Assembly (NCBI RefSeq): GCF_006345805.1 | Contig: NC_043005.1 | Span: forward strand, 70,680,001-70,744,000 | Source of the DNA: Octopus sinensis | Lineage: Eukaryota | Reading direction: 5' to 3' | DNA: 64,000 nucleotides | Shown: positions 1-14,250 of the stretch, one piece after another | Layout: each line of letters starts with the position of its first letter | Position numbering within the stretch: position 1 is the first letter of the stretch | Program-made: the position numbers and the translations under genes | Notes under the pieces: generated by a model | What the model was told of the DNA's origin: nothing | What the model saw: the letters and a program-made list of their open reading frames with translations, nothing else | The model's database searches: none

Positions 1-876
1 GATAAGAAATGTGGAGCATCAAAGTTTCGGTCATACTGAGCTAAAAGGGAGAAAACAAGGGAGAAATGATACTAAAAAAGGGTTTGGTTTACAGTTTCTG
101 TGATTCTTTTTTCCGTCGTTTTCAGGGACTTTCGCTTGTAACGGCGTTTTTTGGAATCCGGTGTATTTATAATTTTTTTCTATGAACGGATCAGATTTTT
201 GATTCGTTAAAGAACTAGAGACGTCTTATTTTTCTGGTGGTCGATTTTGTCGTTCTGCCTGGTTGGCTTCCATGTGAGGGACGGTCATCAGCCGTTCCAC
301 TTCGTTGATTCTCTAAAAGGGTCGTGCTGTTGTATTTGCTGAAGTTCAGTTTTGATCGGAGGTAAAATTTCATTGGTCTAGAGTTAGGTGACGTCAGCAA
401 CTGGTGTTTGTATGGTGTTATTGTGTGGGGATTTGAATTTGCAGTTTCGAAACCCACGTGGGAAGTCTGTCACTTAAGTTCTTTGAATTATGTCTGTTGT
501 ATCTGGCTGCTTTTTGTGTGGATAAATTCGGTCTCTTTTACTTTTTCTCTTTGGTGTTTTTTCGTCTTTCTAAGGGATATTCAGCTGTGGTTTATATTTT
601 GTAATGAGCATGTTTCCTTATTTAAACGGAATTGGGTTGAAGTGCTTCGGTGCATTGATAGAGAGGGAAGATTTGGTATTTCGGGCATTAGTCTAGGTGT
701 TTGCTTACAGCTAATTTTCCTGGTCGTGAGGTCCTGGATTTGTTGCCTGTGTACCGTTAGTCTGTCCCTCTGCTTTGAAGAACTTAACCTATGTTCGCAA
801 ATTTGAAGGGTGCGGTGGAGACTACATAGATCAAACTAGTTTGACCTTGAGGGACAGACTAACGTACATAGGCAAC
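1..876 (-). mobile_element. Degenerate retroelement-like segment, possibly the N-terminal region of a Penelope-like or LINE ORF
   Basis: Higher-complexity, less AT-rich sequence with broken minus-strand frames (KNLSDRLPTWVSKLQIQIPT, MKFYLRSKLNF) that weakly recall PLE N-termini. It ends in an inverted repeat (742-770 vs 849-876). No catalytic motif is visible. Confidence 0.25.
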
Positions 877-1243
877 TATCGTTCTGTTTTCATGTAAGGG
901 AACTCTTACTTCATGCACCCTTGAAAGTATGATGCAAACTAATGATATGCTGACAGGAGTTGAGACAACTACAACTCTGCTCCCAGAAACTAATTTTCAA
1001 ATATACCAATTATAAACAAATGATTAGATATACGCTTGTACATGCACATAACATATATATCACTGGGCTACGAACCAAATGCTCTCACAAGGCTTTGATC
1101 AACCTGGGGCTATATTAAAAGATTACATTAAAACACATATATCCAAGATATCACTCCGTAGAAACGAACTCTAAATCATGTTGTCGAAATTTACGAACAT
1201 TTACACATAGAGTTGTGTGTGTGAGCATACAGATGCATAGATG

Positions 1244-1331
1244 TATGCATACATACATACATACATACATACATACATACATACATACATACATACATAC
1301 ATACATACATACATACATACATACATACATA
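1244..1331. repeat. (TACA)n microsatellite
   Basis: Direct reading of the sequence. Confidence 0.97.
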
Positions 1332-2994
1332 CGTTTACATGCATGTTTACATTTGCGATTCTCTGAAAAATTCTCTTAACTAAAATCGGTGATATTGTCA
1401 TTTTCCCTGTAAACAAATCAACCACTGGCTTTGTATTTGCGAAGACGTTTATAGTAAGTTATTCCTAATTTGGAAAATAGGTAAAAGTTAGTCAATGATA
1501 TGGCCATCAGCTATACAATAATGCATTGATTATAGATTTTGTCTAACTCAAGCTAGCATGCAAATCGAACATAGGAATGAATATACGTACATATATATGA
1601 ACATTTTTTAAACAAAAACCGGGGAGATTAGAAATCCAAACGGGCCCTTATAATGTAAAATTACAAGATGTATAACTTGATAAGATATTTCGACAACGTT
1701 CAGAAAACACACAAATGAATATATGATTATGTTTATATGTCATTCTGGGGCATTTTCTTTCAGTATTGTACAACCAAATTTTCTATATGATCCACGGTAA
1801 CATGGCTTTTAAACAAATCTTTGTAGCTACATAGGTTCCCATCTTAAGTTTTGTTTACCTTCAGTTAAATCATATGCCTTTTGAATAATGTAACTAAAAC
1901 CTACAACTAATTCAACATCAACTTAGCGATACGTTTGCTCTTTCTTTTATTTCGTTTTCTTAGTATTTGCTTTGTTTGATTTAGCTAATATCTCAAATTA
2001 GCGGTAATTATACCTCAACAAAATAGGTTTATTGTTTAAGAGGTTTCCACGATCATATTTCTTATGAAATAAACTACCTACGTATTTTAATTAATTTTGA
2101 AAATAATGGAACGATTTTGTACGTTAAAATTTTCGTTGTGAAATAGCTTTTCCTTTTGTTTCGTTTGTGTTTTTGAACGTAACAATAAGGTTTCTTTCTG
2201 CAAAATTATTATGGAAAGCTTCAATTTCAAAACAGATACTCGAAAATGGTGGAATTGTTTTATAGAAACATAAGTGTACTCTAGCATATTGATACTAGAA
2301 ATGTTAAAGAGAAATTCCCTGTCTGGAAGCGAAGCAATGTAGACGATTAACTTCATTCTATTGAATAACCATTGAATATTGTATTGACCTTTCTCTCTCT
2401 CTCTATCTCTGTCTTACTAGCAGGGTGATTGATAAATTATACTCTAGAGTGATATGAACTTAGAACCCAAAGAATCAAAACTAAATATTGTAATGCAATT
2501 TGGTTCAACACACTATACATTTCTGACAATTCACTGACATTTTGTACCTCATGAATAATAAATAAGAAACAAATCCCAAGGAACAGAGAAAGTTTCCGCT
2601 GCATTATTGTTATCAGAATCGTTGTTGTTGCTGTCACGGATCTACTGGATAGGATACATTCAACAAAAGAGACAACTATTCTGTTTTTATCTTTGATTTT
2701 GCTCTTTAGTCCTTGCAGGTCACAAATTACTGCAGCCAGAAGTCATACATCCGTACACAAACATAAATTCTGTCAAACTAATTTTCTAGGCTGTCTGTAC
2801 AATGGATATGTGAATACATGCTTTTACAAGATAGATCTTTTATTTATAGCACATAATGACAAGAGATTCGGAGAGATAAAGACAGATAGAGGATTCGCGG
2901 GGAAGGGGTATTGTGCAAAAAAAAAATGAAAGTAAAAAAAAATGATAAAAGAGCTAAATCTCCATACACTAACATAGCAAACACTACTACCGAG

Positions 2995-3530
<536 letters not shown>

Positions 3531-3534
3531 TATC

Positions 3535-3935
3535 GAGGCAGTGAACTGGTAGGGTCGTTAGAACACCGGGCGAAATGCCTAGCGATATTTTGTCAGCCGT
3601 TACGTTCTGAGTTCAAATTCCGCCGAGGTCGACTTTGCCTTTCATCCTTTCAGGGTCGATTAAATAAGTACCAGTTACGCACTGGGGTCGATGTAATCGA
3701 CTTAATCCCTTTGTCTGTCCTTGTTTGTCCCCTCTCTGTGTTTAGCCCCTTGTGGGTAGTGAAGAAATAGGTATTTTGTCAGCCTATATACTCTAGATTC
3801 AAATGTCACCGGGGTTAACTTAGCCTTTTATACTTCCGGATTCGATAAAATGAATACCAGTGAAACACTGGTGTCCATGCAATCGACTTCTGTCCCTCTC
3901 ACCAAATTTCAGTCCTTGTGCCTATAGCAGAAAGG
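3535..3935 (+). mobile_element. tRNA-derived SINE, family A (composite of two units)
   Basis: A-box-like GGCAGTGAACTGGTAG, B-box GAGTTCAAATTCC and core GACTTTGCCTTTCATCCTTTCAGGGTCGATTAAATAAGTACCAG. Matches copies at 6905, 38963 and 59797. Confidence 0.85.
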
Positions 3936-3974
<39 letters not shown>

Positions 3975-4010
3975 TATTATTATTATTATTATTATCATTA
4001 TTATCATCAT

Positions 4011-4042
<32 letters not shown>

Positions 4043-4060
4043 GAATCATCATCATCATCC

Positions 4061-4111
<51 letters not shown>

Positions 4112-4596
4112 TATCATCATCATCGTCATCATTGTCGTTTTGTTGTTATACCGTTAGTGATTTTAATGAAAGGGAAGAGAGGCTAGTAATAACATCTAGA
4201 TCAACAAATAAAGGATATAAATAATTTTATCTACCACAAGGGTATTAATTTTCCATGAATAAATCAACAAAATTGAGATAATTTTTTTTTTTATTCTTTC
4301 CATTCGGGGGGATTTTAAACAAATTCCTGAGCACGTGATACTACTTAAAATGGTGGACAAACAAATTTATATGTATATTGTTTATGTTTAGTATTTGATC
4401 ATGCAGCAAGGGTGACTACGTTGTTTAAATCAATATAACACTCAACACGATAACTAGTTTAACAAATTATGTAATATAAATAAATGTGTTTGTGTTTGTG
4501 TATGTGTGTGTCTGTCTGTCTTTCTCTGTCTCTGTTGCTCTCTCTCTCTCTCTCTTTCTTTATATGTGTGTATATATATACATATATATATATATA

Positions 4597-4806
4597 TCGG
4601 TCGCCATGATAGACCTCGGTAGCCACTACACTCATTTTTTTCTCCTTGTTTCTCTCCTTGTTTTTTTCTGTGTCCCTTTCTGTAGAAGAGCGTAGGCTCG
4701 AAACGTAAAAGACTTTTTCAATTCCTGAGCGTTATACTAATACAACCGTTTGTTTTGTACACCACCTGTCTTCATCTTTAGATTTTTCTTTCGTGAACTC
4801 TTCCCC
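4597..4806 (+). mobile_element. Short (~210 bp) unit flanked by (TA)n, carrying a minimal hammerhead-like motif; probable solo Penelope pseudo-LTR
   Basis: CTGTAGA-A-GAGC(GTAG)GCTC-GAAAC-GTA at 4680-4707; shares downstream motifs with 17307-17490. Confidence 0.55.
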
Positions 4807-6231
<1,425 letters not shown>

Positions 6232-6727
6232 TGTATGTATGTATGTATGTATGTATGCATGCATGAATGTGAGTATACAAACACACGCATAAATACTGGA
6301 AGTAATGCCAAAGTGGGCATTTTATTTTAACTGATATAAGTGATTCAAATGTTGAAACTAATTGTTGCAGTGTAGTAACTGTTCTTCCTCCTCGTCGTCA
6401 TTGCAGAATAATAATAGCTTCTGAGGAAAGGTAACGCTTCTCCAACGTCCACAGAAAACTTATGAGTTGTTAATGGAGAGGACACGATTGAGAAAAGCAG
6501 TGTGCACAGATGAAGGAACAATATTAACAAAGAGGGAAACTAACATTCAAGACATACCATAATATGAATCCCTAGAGAGTGGACAAATCAATTTACACAG
6601 ACAAACACAGTGAGTTTGCTGCACAAATGTGTTGTTCGGCAGTTGGCATCCGATTTGAAGGAGTAAAAAGTGGAAGCTACTCCGATCTACTAGAAATGCT
6701 ATAAGCGTATAATGACATGTTTGTTTT

Positions 6728-6868
6728 TGACCTGGTTACATGAAGTGAAATATGGCCATCTTGTTATGACCTGAAAACAAAGATTAGGTGTATGGAATGG
6801 TGTCACACTCCATCTGCAAATCCTAAGACTTTCAAAGGCCACTGTTTGGCACAGGAAGCCATGATGAC
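6728..6868 (+). mobile_element. Second mariner transposase fragment
   Basis: Reads WPSCYDLKTKIRCMEWCHTPSANPKTFKGHCLAQEAMMTFW, matching the mariner segment after the first catalytic Asp. Confidence 0.6.
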
Positions 6869-6904
6869 TTTTTGGCAAAATTGCAAGAACGTCATTCTTT
6901 CAGA

Positions 6905-7145
6905 TTGGCAGAAACGTTAGCACGCTGGGCGAAAAGCCGAGCGGTGTTTCGTCTGCCGCTACGTTCTGAGATCGAATTCCGGCGAGATCGACTTTGCCTT
7001 TCATCCTTTCGGGGTCGATTAAATAAGTACCAGTTACGCACTGGGGTCGATATAATCGACTTAATCCGTTTGTCTGTCCTTGTTTGTCCTCTCTTAATCC
7101 GTTTGTCCGTCTATGTGTAGTCCCTTGTAGGCAGCAAAGAAAAAA
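6905..7145 (+). mobile_element. SINE family A
   Basis: TTGGCAGAAACGTTAGCAC head, B-box-like motif and the same core as 59797. Confidence 0.88.
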
Positions 7146-7809
7146 GATTTTGTGGAACATGGTTGTATTGTTGTACTGTTCACAATCAACAGTACACGGA
7201 GACATTAAAAAAGTTAAGAGAAAGAAATCCCACAAAACTCTTAAAACGATCCATGTACCCTATGAAAATGTTGCTGACATGTGTGTGACATAAGACACAC
7301 ACAGCTTTGACAATATATCAGGTAATCGACAAATTAACAGCACAATAGTTGTCCATCCACCTTACGGTGAAAGATCTAAAATCCTCTGACTCAATCTTGC
7401 TCAGTTAATAAACAATGGTTACAGGGAACAATGTTTTGATGAAACGAAACTGGCCGCGAAGAATCCACTCACAAGGCTTTGGTCGGCCCGAGACTATAGT
7501 AGAAGGCACCGCAATTCATCGTATAGTTTCCCACCTACGAGGGAGCGATACAGGATGTGTCGAAACGATCGTTGTGATAAAGTTTCCAGTATACTCTATC
7601 TTCCGTATCCATTACTTTTACTATACTCAACATGCACTGAGGAATTCCTAATGTAGATCCAGCGACGATCATGCAGTTATCGCGGTTGACGCCAGGTAGC
7701 TATAAGCAGTGGACATGCTTTGTCGGCATAATACTAGGGACAACACACAAAGTTTAAATTTAAGGTCTAATTTTAACTTTTATTTATAGTGAGGCATTTA
7801 AATCTTAAT

Positions 7810-8020
7810 TTAAAATTTTAACACAAGGGCAGCATTTTCGAAGGAAGGGGTAAATTACTTTCATTGACCCCATTGCTCAACTGGTACTTATTTTATTGAC
7901 TTTAAAAGGATAAAAGGCAAAGTCAACCCCAGCAGTATTTGAACTCAGAGCGTAAACACACCGGAAATGTCACTAAGTATTTTGCCTGACGTGCTAATAA
8001 TTCTGGCTGCTCACCACCAG
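7810..8020 (-). mobile_element. SINE family A, degenerate
   Basis: Reverse complement of the family A core (CAACTGGTACTTATTTTATTGAC...AGGATAAAAGGCAAAGTCAACC). Confidence 0.75.
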
Positions 8021-9234
8021 AGGTATTTAATTATTAAAAGTCCTAGTATTTATATTCAAAGATACAAATATGATGTCTGAATAAGGTATTATTATGTGAG
8101 TAAAAAACAGGGTCCAAAACCTATGTGAGAACAGAGAGAAAGTGTAAAAGAGATGGGCGAAGAAAAATGTGACGCAACAAAATAGAAGACAAACTAACTA
8201 TTATGAACATAAAAATAAAAATAAAAAATAGGAGAAGGAAAACAAAGAAAGAGAGAGTGAAAGAAAAAACAGATGAGAATAAACACATATTTTATTGTAT
8301 CGTGTGTCTAATAATATATTTATTGTGAGATTGTTGGAAATAAAACAGTAAAAGAGACGGAGAGAAAAATCTGAGCCGGATTGTGGGTGAGTGTGAAGAA
8401 TAAATAATAAATATTTAGATACAGAAAGCACAGATTGAAAGAAAATTCCAGTAAAAGATAAAAACAATAGAAGGAAATATTGTGAAATAAAAATGTTCGC
8501 AATAAAATACAATGACATCAAATATAATAAAGCGAAAATGTTTACAATAATTGAAGCAAACTATAATTCAGTAAAAGGAAATGGAAAAGTTTGCAATATT
8601 CACAAGATAAAACCAAGTCCTTTTGCCAATATCTAGAGAAGAAGACAAAGAAGACATAATAGTTTATTTCACTGTTTCTTATGTATGCAAAATATTTTCG
8701 AACAACATTTAACTACTGGTATGGGGGAGAGCTTTGTCATTAAATTTGATATAAGATAAATATATAGCTCCAAGGTGCTTCTAGACAGGAACAAAGAATT
8801 ATAAAGCCATACCAAAATTTTCAGGAAATTATGAAGAATTTCCACCGATAAATTTGATGAGTAGTCATTGCTCATGAATATAAAGTTTCTTAGGATAAAC
8901 TTATGATGATGATGATAGTGTGAGACTAGCTCATTCTATGAAATCAGTAAGCTGATTGGTGATATAAAGATGAAAAATTTCCTATTTCTTTATTGGCAGT
9001 ATGATCCAGCAACTCAAGAATACGGTTTAACTAATTCTACTTCTGGCCACACTGTTTTAAAATATATATAATCAACACAATTTAGCTGCTGTGTACATTG
9101 CTAGAGGAAAGTGGTGTTTCTTCTTTTGTTATGTTTAAAAAGGAACTTTTTGTACCCACCTTTTACTTTCTACTGGTTTCAGCCATAGGCTACGACCATA
9201 TATATATGTATATATATACACATGTATACACACA

Positions 9235-9283
<49 letters not shown>

Positions 9284-9519
9284 CTGATTTGCAAGGTTCA
9301 CGTTTGGTACAAAATACCTAAATACCTGCTGTGTACTGAGCTTTTTTTACCATAAACCTCAAATAAAGTAATGTATACACAGCTTCATGAGGTTGTTTAA
9401 CAAAAGAAATATTGTTGTTGTAATCGAAGTAGTCCTTTCGCTGATACCAGATATTGAGGTGTTCTTGCTAAATATTTCGTGTCATTTCACCAGTTCTGGA
9501 AGCTATACTTATAACAGAA

Positions 9520-9834
9520 GGTGAGTTGTACCAGTGCATTTCAAAATAAGTACCAGTTAATTACTGGAGGTCAATGCAATCGACCATCCACTTCCTGCCT
9601 AAAACTCCAAGTTTCGTTCCTATAGCAGAAAAGATCATCATCTTCGTCTTCATCATCATCATCAAGCTGGTAGCTAGAAGAATCGTTAGCATACCAGACA
9701 GAATGCTAGGTGACATTTCTTCAGAGTTCAAATGTCACTGAGGTTGACCTTGCTTTCATCCTTTCTGGATTAGAGATTGATGTAATAGACGCCCGCACCT
9801 CAAATGCTGTTAACCCCTTGCCAAAAATTTGAAC

Positions 9835-9885
<51 letters not shown>

Positions 9886-9938
9886 CATTATTATTATTAT
9901 CATTATTATTATTATTATTATTATTACTATTATTATTA

Positions 9939-10002
<64 letters not shown>

Positions 10003-10240
10003 CATTGTTATTATCATTATTAATAAGGCAACGAGTTGGCAGAAACGTTAGCATGCCAGACGACACGCTTTGTGGTATTTCGGCTGTTGCTACGTTCTGA
10101 GTTCAAATTCTGCCGACGTCAACTTTGCCTTTCATCCTCTCGGGGTCGATAAATTAAGTACCAGTTGCATACTGGGGTCGATCAAATCGACTGACCCCCT
10201 CCCCCAAATTTTCAAGTATTGTACCTGTAGTAGAAAGGAC

Positions 10241-10273
<33 letters not shown>

Positions 10274-10440
10274 GTTGGTGAGCCATCAGGATCGTTACTA
10301 TGCCAGACAAAATGCATAGTGGCATTTCTTTTGGCACAAATGCAATCAAGGTTGAATATGTTTTCCACTTTTTAGTGTCAAGAAAATGAGTACCAGTTGT
10401 ATACTGGGCTCAGTATAATCGACTAATCCTCCTCTCTTAA
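9520..10440 (+). mobile_element. Cluster of family A SINE copies and fragments separated by (ATT)n/(ATC)n tracts
   Basis: Copies or fragments at about 9520-9640, 9660-9830, 10025-10240 and 10272-10440 share the head, B-box and core. Confidence 0.8.
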
Positions 10441-10978
10441 AATTTTAAGGCTTTGAACCTAAAACCGAATGGTTTGTTGTTATTATTTTCGAGAGCTGTT
10501 CCTCGTTTACATGTACTGTATTTCTTCAGGAAATTCCTTCATTTAATGAAACCATAGTATAGATCTAAACAATTAAAATTTCCTTCGTCAATGAGAGACT
10601 AATGATGTAGAGACTAATGACAATTACTTGATTATTCAAAACTCTCTGGGGCCACTGGAAGACTTATTAATTTATGCTAACTTATCAACTTTTTCCTTAC
10701 AATTTTTTAAAATTGCTATTAACTTTTGGAAACCCTGTGGAGTTACATATATCTTCTCACTCAGATTTATATCAAGAACATGCTAAGAGCTATTCATTAT
10801 TCTGCATTATTTAGCATGATAGAAATTTTTGTTAGCTTTCGAATTTTTCCAGGTTAATTTTCCCAATATTGGCATGAAAACTTATTTTTTCAGGACTTGA
10901 TACAGTTAGACTTTGCGTGTGAGAAGCACTGTATATGAATTAGCACAGGACAGATTGCCTTACAGTATACAGTGAAGC

Positions 10979-11053
<75 letters not shown>

Positions 11054-11055
<2 letters not shown>

Positions 11056-12041
11056 TGTTTGACTTTTGCTTTATATTTGTACAAGTTGGCTCCAAGTCTC
11101 ACCCAGAGACCTCAAGAGGCAACAGGTTGGAAGTTCATGTTGTTGTTATGCCTAGTGTGCCATATATTGGAGGGGGTGTTGTACTAGTGAATGTCCAAAA
11201 AAAAACCGAAAATTATGTTTGTTTAAACCCTGAGATTACATAGAAGGTATTTTGCGTAGGATATGAGAAATTCCCATGAGCACTATCTTTTGAATTTCTG
11301 CCATTTTTGGGTTTCCTGGTATCTGAGTTAGGCAGCAATCAGCACCTTTCACAATCATTCCCAGGGCACCTATGACAACAGGTATTGTTTTAGTTTTCAG
11401 GTTCCAAATTTTGCTGATTTCTATTTCAAGATCTTTATATTTGCTCAGTTTTTGGTAGGTCTTGACAGATATGTTTAATATCGATTGGGACAGTCATATC
11501 AATGAGGAGGCATGTTCTTTGTCTGAAGTCTTTCAGTATGATGTCTGGCCTATTTGCATCAATCTTTCTGTCAGTTTGAATGGTGAAGTTCCAGAGGAGT
11601 GAGATGTGGTCATTTTCAAGCACTGGAGGTGGTTTGTGTTCCCACCAGTTTTTTTCATGGGGCAAGTCTAGGTTTTTGCAAATTACCCAGTGAATATATT
11701 GTGCAGCCCTATCATGCCTGTTGAGATACTCTGTAGGCGCTAGAAGACTGCACTTGGAGACAACATGATCAATGGGTTCATTTTGTTGTTGACATACACG
11801 ACATGTTGGGCTACTGCCGTTCTTTGATATGTTGGCCTGGTAGTTTCTTGTTGGTAGGCATTGATCTTGAGCTGCTATGATAAACCCTTCTGTTCCAGAT
11901 TTTAAGCCAGAGGCCATTAGCCATTGATGGGTGAGGGCTTTGTCAACATCTGCATTATTCGCTCTCTTTGGGTATTTGCCATAGAGAGGTTTTTCTTGCC
12001 ATTTATCATTCAGAATATCTAAGGCCGCAGTTTTAGCACGG

Positions 12042-12050
<9 letters not shown>
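11054..12050 (-). mobile_element. R4/Dong-clade non-LTR retrotransposon, 5'-truncated 3' end (restriction-like endonuclease)
   Basis: ORF 11435-12160 contains the CCHC knuckle CRVCQQQNEPIDHVVSKC, the RHD motif and RPDIILKD...LLID. After a frameshift it continues KDLEIEISKIWNLK...IPVVIGALG...HILRKIPSM to TAA at 11236-11238. Both ends abut (AAT)n. Confidence 0.9.
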
Positions 12051-12115
<65 letters not shown>

Positions 12116-12281
12116 CATCATCATCATCATCATCATCATCATTATCATCGTCATCATCATACAAAAACTCAGTTAATTTTGCTGGGTATGATGGGAAGTG
12201 TCAGCTGTCCATGCCCAGCAGACTAAGGTGACAATTGTTTACTGGTCACGCTTCAAGAACCCATTATTATCATTATTATTA

Positions 12282-12334
<53 letters not shown>

Positions 12335-12745
12335 GTTTTTTTTCTTCTTTCAAATTTGCTTCCATTTCTTGCCGAGTGTCTTCCCGACTCCTAGGGCAAA
12401 GAAACTCATAGTATACATTGGTAGGCCATTAAACCAAACTCAGTAGTTCGTTTATTATTTTTTTTTTTTTTTAAAGTTAAATTAAAATACATGAGCAGCA
12501 ACTGTTCTCACATCGACAATGCTCTTCTCAATACGTGTGATGTACCAGTTAAGACAATCTTTTGCACTTCTTGCAGGGATGGTATGCCAGGGATCATTCT
12601 CATATAATTTTCGGTTCCCTTCTTGATCATTCCTAGTGCTCCTACGATCACTGGTATTGTAACCGCCTTGAGATGCCACATTTTCTCAATTTCAATGAGT
12701 AGGTCTTTATATATTCTGAGCTTGTCAAACTCTTTCGCTGAGATA
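12335..12745 (-). mobile_element. Second R4/Dong-like 3' end, different subfamily
   Basis: Reads ISAKEFDKLRIYKDLLIEIEKMWHLKAVTIPVIVGALGMIKKG...HVLRRALSM; 3' UTR differs from the 11054 copy; flanked by (AAT)n. Confidence 0.85.
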
Positions 12746-12784
12746 TTATTATTATTATTATTATTGTTATTATTATTATTCTTC

Positions 12785-12833
<49 letters not shown>

Positions 12834-12842
12834 CATCATTAT

Positions 12843-12998
12843 AGTGGTGAGTTGGCAGAATTGTTAACATGTCAGGCACAGTGCTGCTTAGCATTTCATC
12901 TGTCTTTACGTTCTGAGTTCAAATTCTGCCAAGGTCAACTTTGCCTTTTATCCTTTTGGGGTCAAGAAATTAAGTACCTTGTGCCTTTAGTAGAAAGG
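12843..12998 (+). mobile_element. SINE family A
   Basis: GGTGAGTTGGCAGAATTGTTAAC head, GAGTTCAAATTC B-box and core. Confidence 0.75.
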
Positions 12999-13887
12999 AT
13001 TATCATTATTATCATCATCATCATCATCATCGTCATCATCATCACAGTAAAGTTCCATTAATCTAGCATCCAGTTGTTTTGACATAACCTCTTATCCATC
13101 ACTTCTTTTTATATGCACTACCAATTTTCGTAAGGGCCCCCCACTAGCCATTAACATCATTTGTTTATTGCTTGTATTCCATTTGAAAAGATCAGTAACT
13201 AAAGGGTTTTGTATCTGCCTTTATCTACTTAAATATTTTCAATTCATTGGTGAAAAATGTCTTACGATGTTACTATGTGTAAACAATTCGGGAAACGTGT
13301 GCAAAGTAGCTTTTAACTTAACAATTATATCTGGATATTGAAACAATGCAGCATTTGGAAAAGGTGAAAACCGGAACACTACTGTGCATGAATAGAGAAT
13401 GGGCTCTATACCACGAGTAACAATAAGGAACAAAAGCATTGGCTAATGCAATTTATGCTTGACTTAAAAGCATAAAAAAAGACACATTAAGTGCTATAAA
13501 TATTAAAATTGAAACCATTTCAGTACAAGATGCAATGGTGTATATGTGGTTTGGTGCAAAGCGATCTTAGTAAATGGATTTCTGAACCAATGATCTTTGA
13601 AAATGATGAGTAATTACACAAAGATAGAGGTATCATGGAAGCATGTGTTTATAGTTGGATACTTTTGAAGGTTTTAAATGTGGCATAGCATTGGTAAATA
13701 TGATGTATCTGATAAATAGAAGCTGACAGAAGCCGAGGCTGCTGAAAAATACAATTTCCTATTTGATTATTTGATGATGTGCTTAAAAAGTATGTTGTTG
13801 TTTGTAACTGAGTTTTGATAGTTTGGCACATTTTATATTCCAAGTCTACCTAGGAGCTGAGCGCATTGGATAAGTAGCACTGAACTA

Positions 13888-13929
<42 letters not shown>

Positions 13930-14061
13930 TATTATTATTTTTATTTTTATTTTTATTATCATTATTTTTATTATTTTTATTTTTATTATTATTATTTTTG
14001 TTATTGTTATTATTATTAATATTATTATTATTATTATTATTAACATTTCTATTATTATCAT

Positions 14062-14250
14062 TCAGTAAGAGAGCAGTGCATTCCATCAAAGTGGCACTGG
14101 GGTTGTCGTCCAACATGAATACCCGTCTGATAAAGGTACACCTGGCACATGCATCTCATACGAAGATTAACAATGTATGACCCTGCAGGTGGGGTCCAGT
14201 TAGAATTTTCTTCAGGTCGTGCGGCCCATCTCACTCAAAAGGTCTCTGAA
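14062..14250. mobile_element. Partial copy of an unclassified ~550-bp (ATT)n-associated repeat
   Basis: GAGAGCAGTGCATTCCATCAAAGTGGCACTGGGG...GCAGGTGGGGTCCAGTTAGAATTTTCTTC is shared with 34367 and 36237. Confidence 0.75.
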
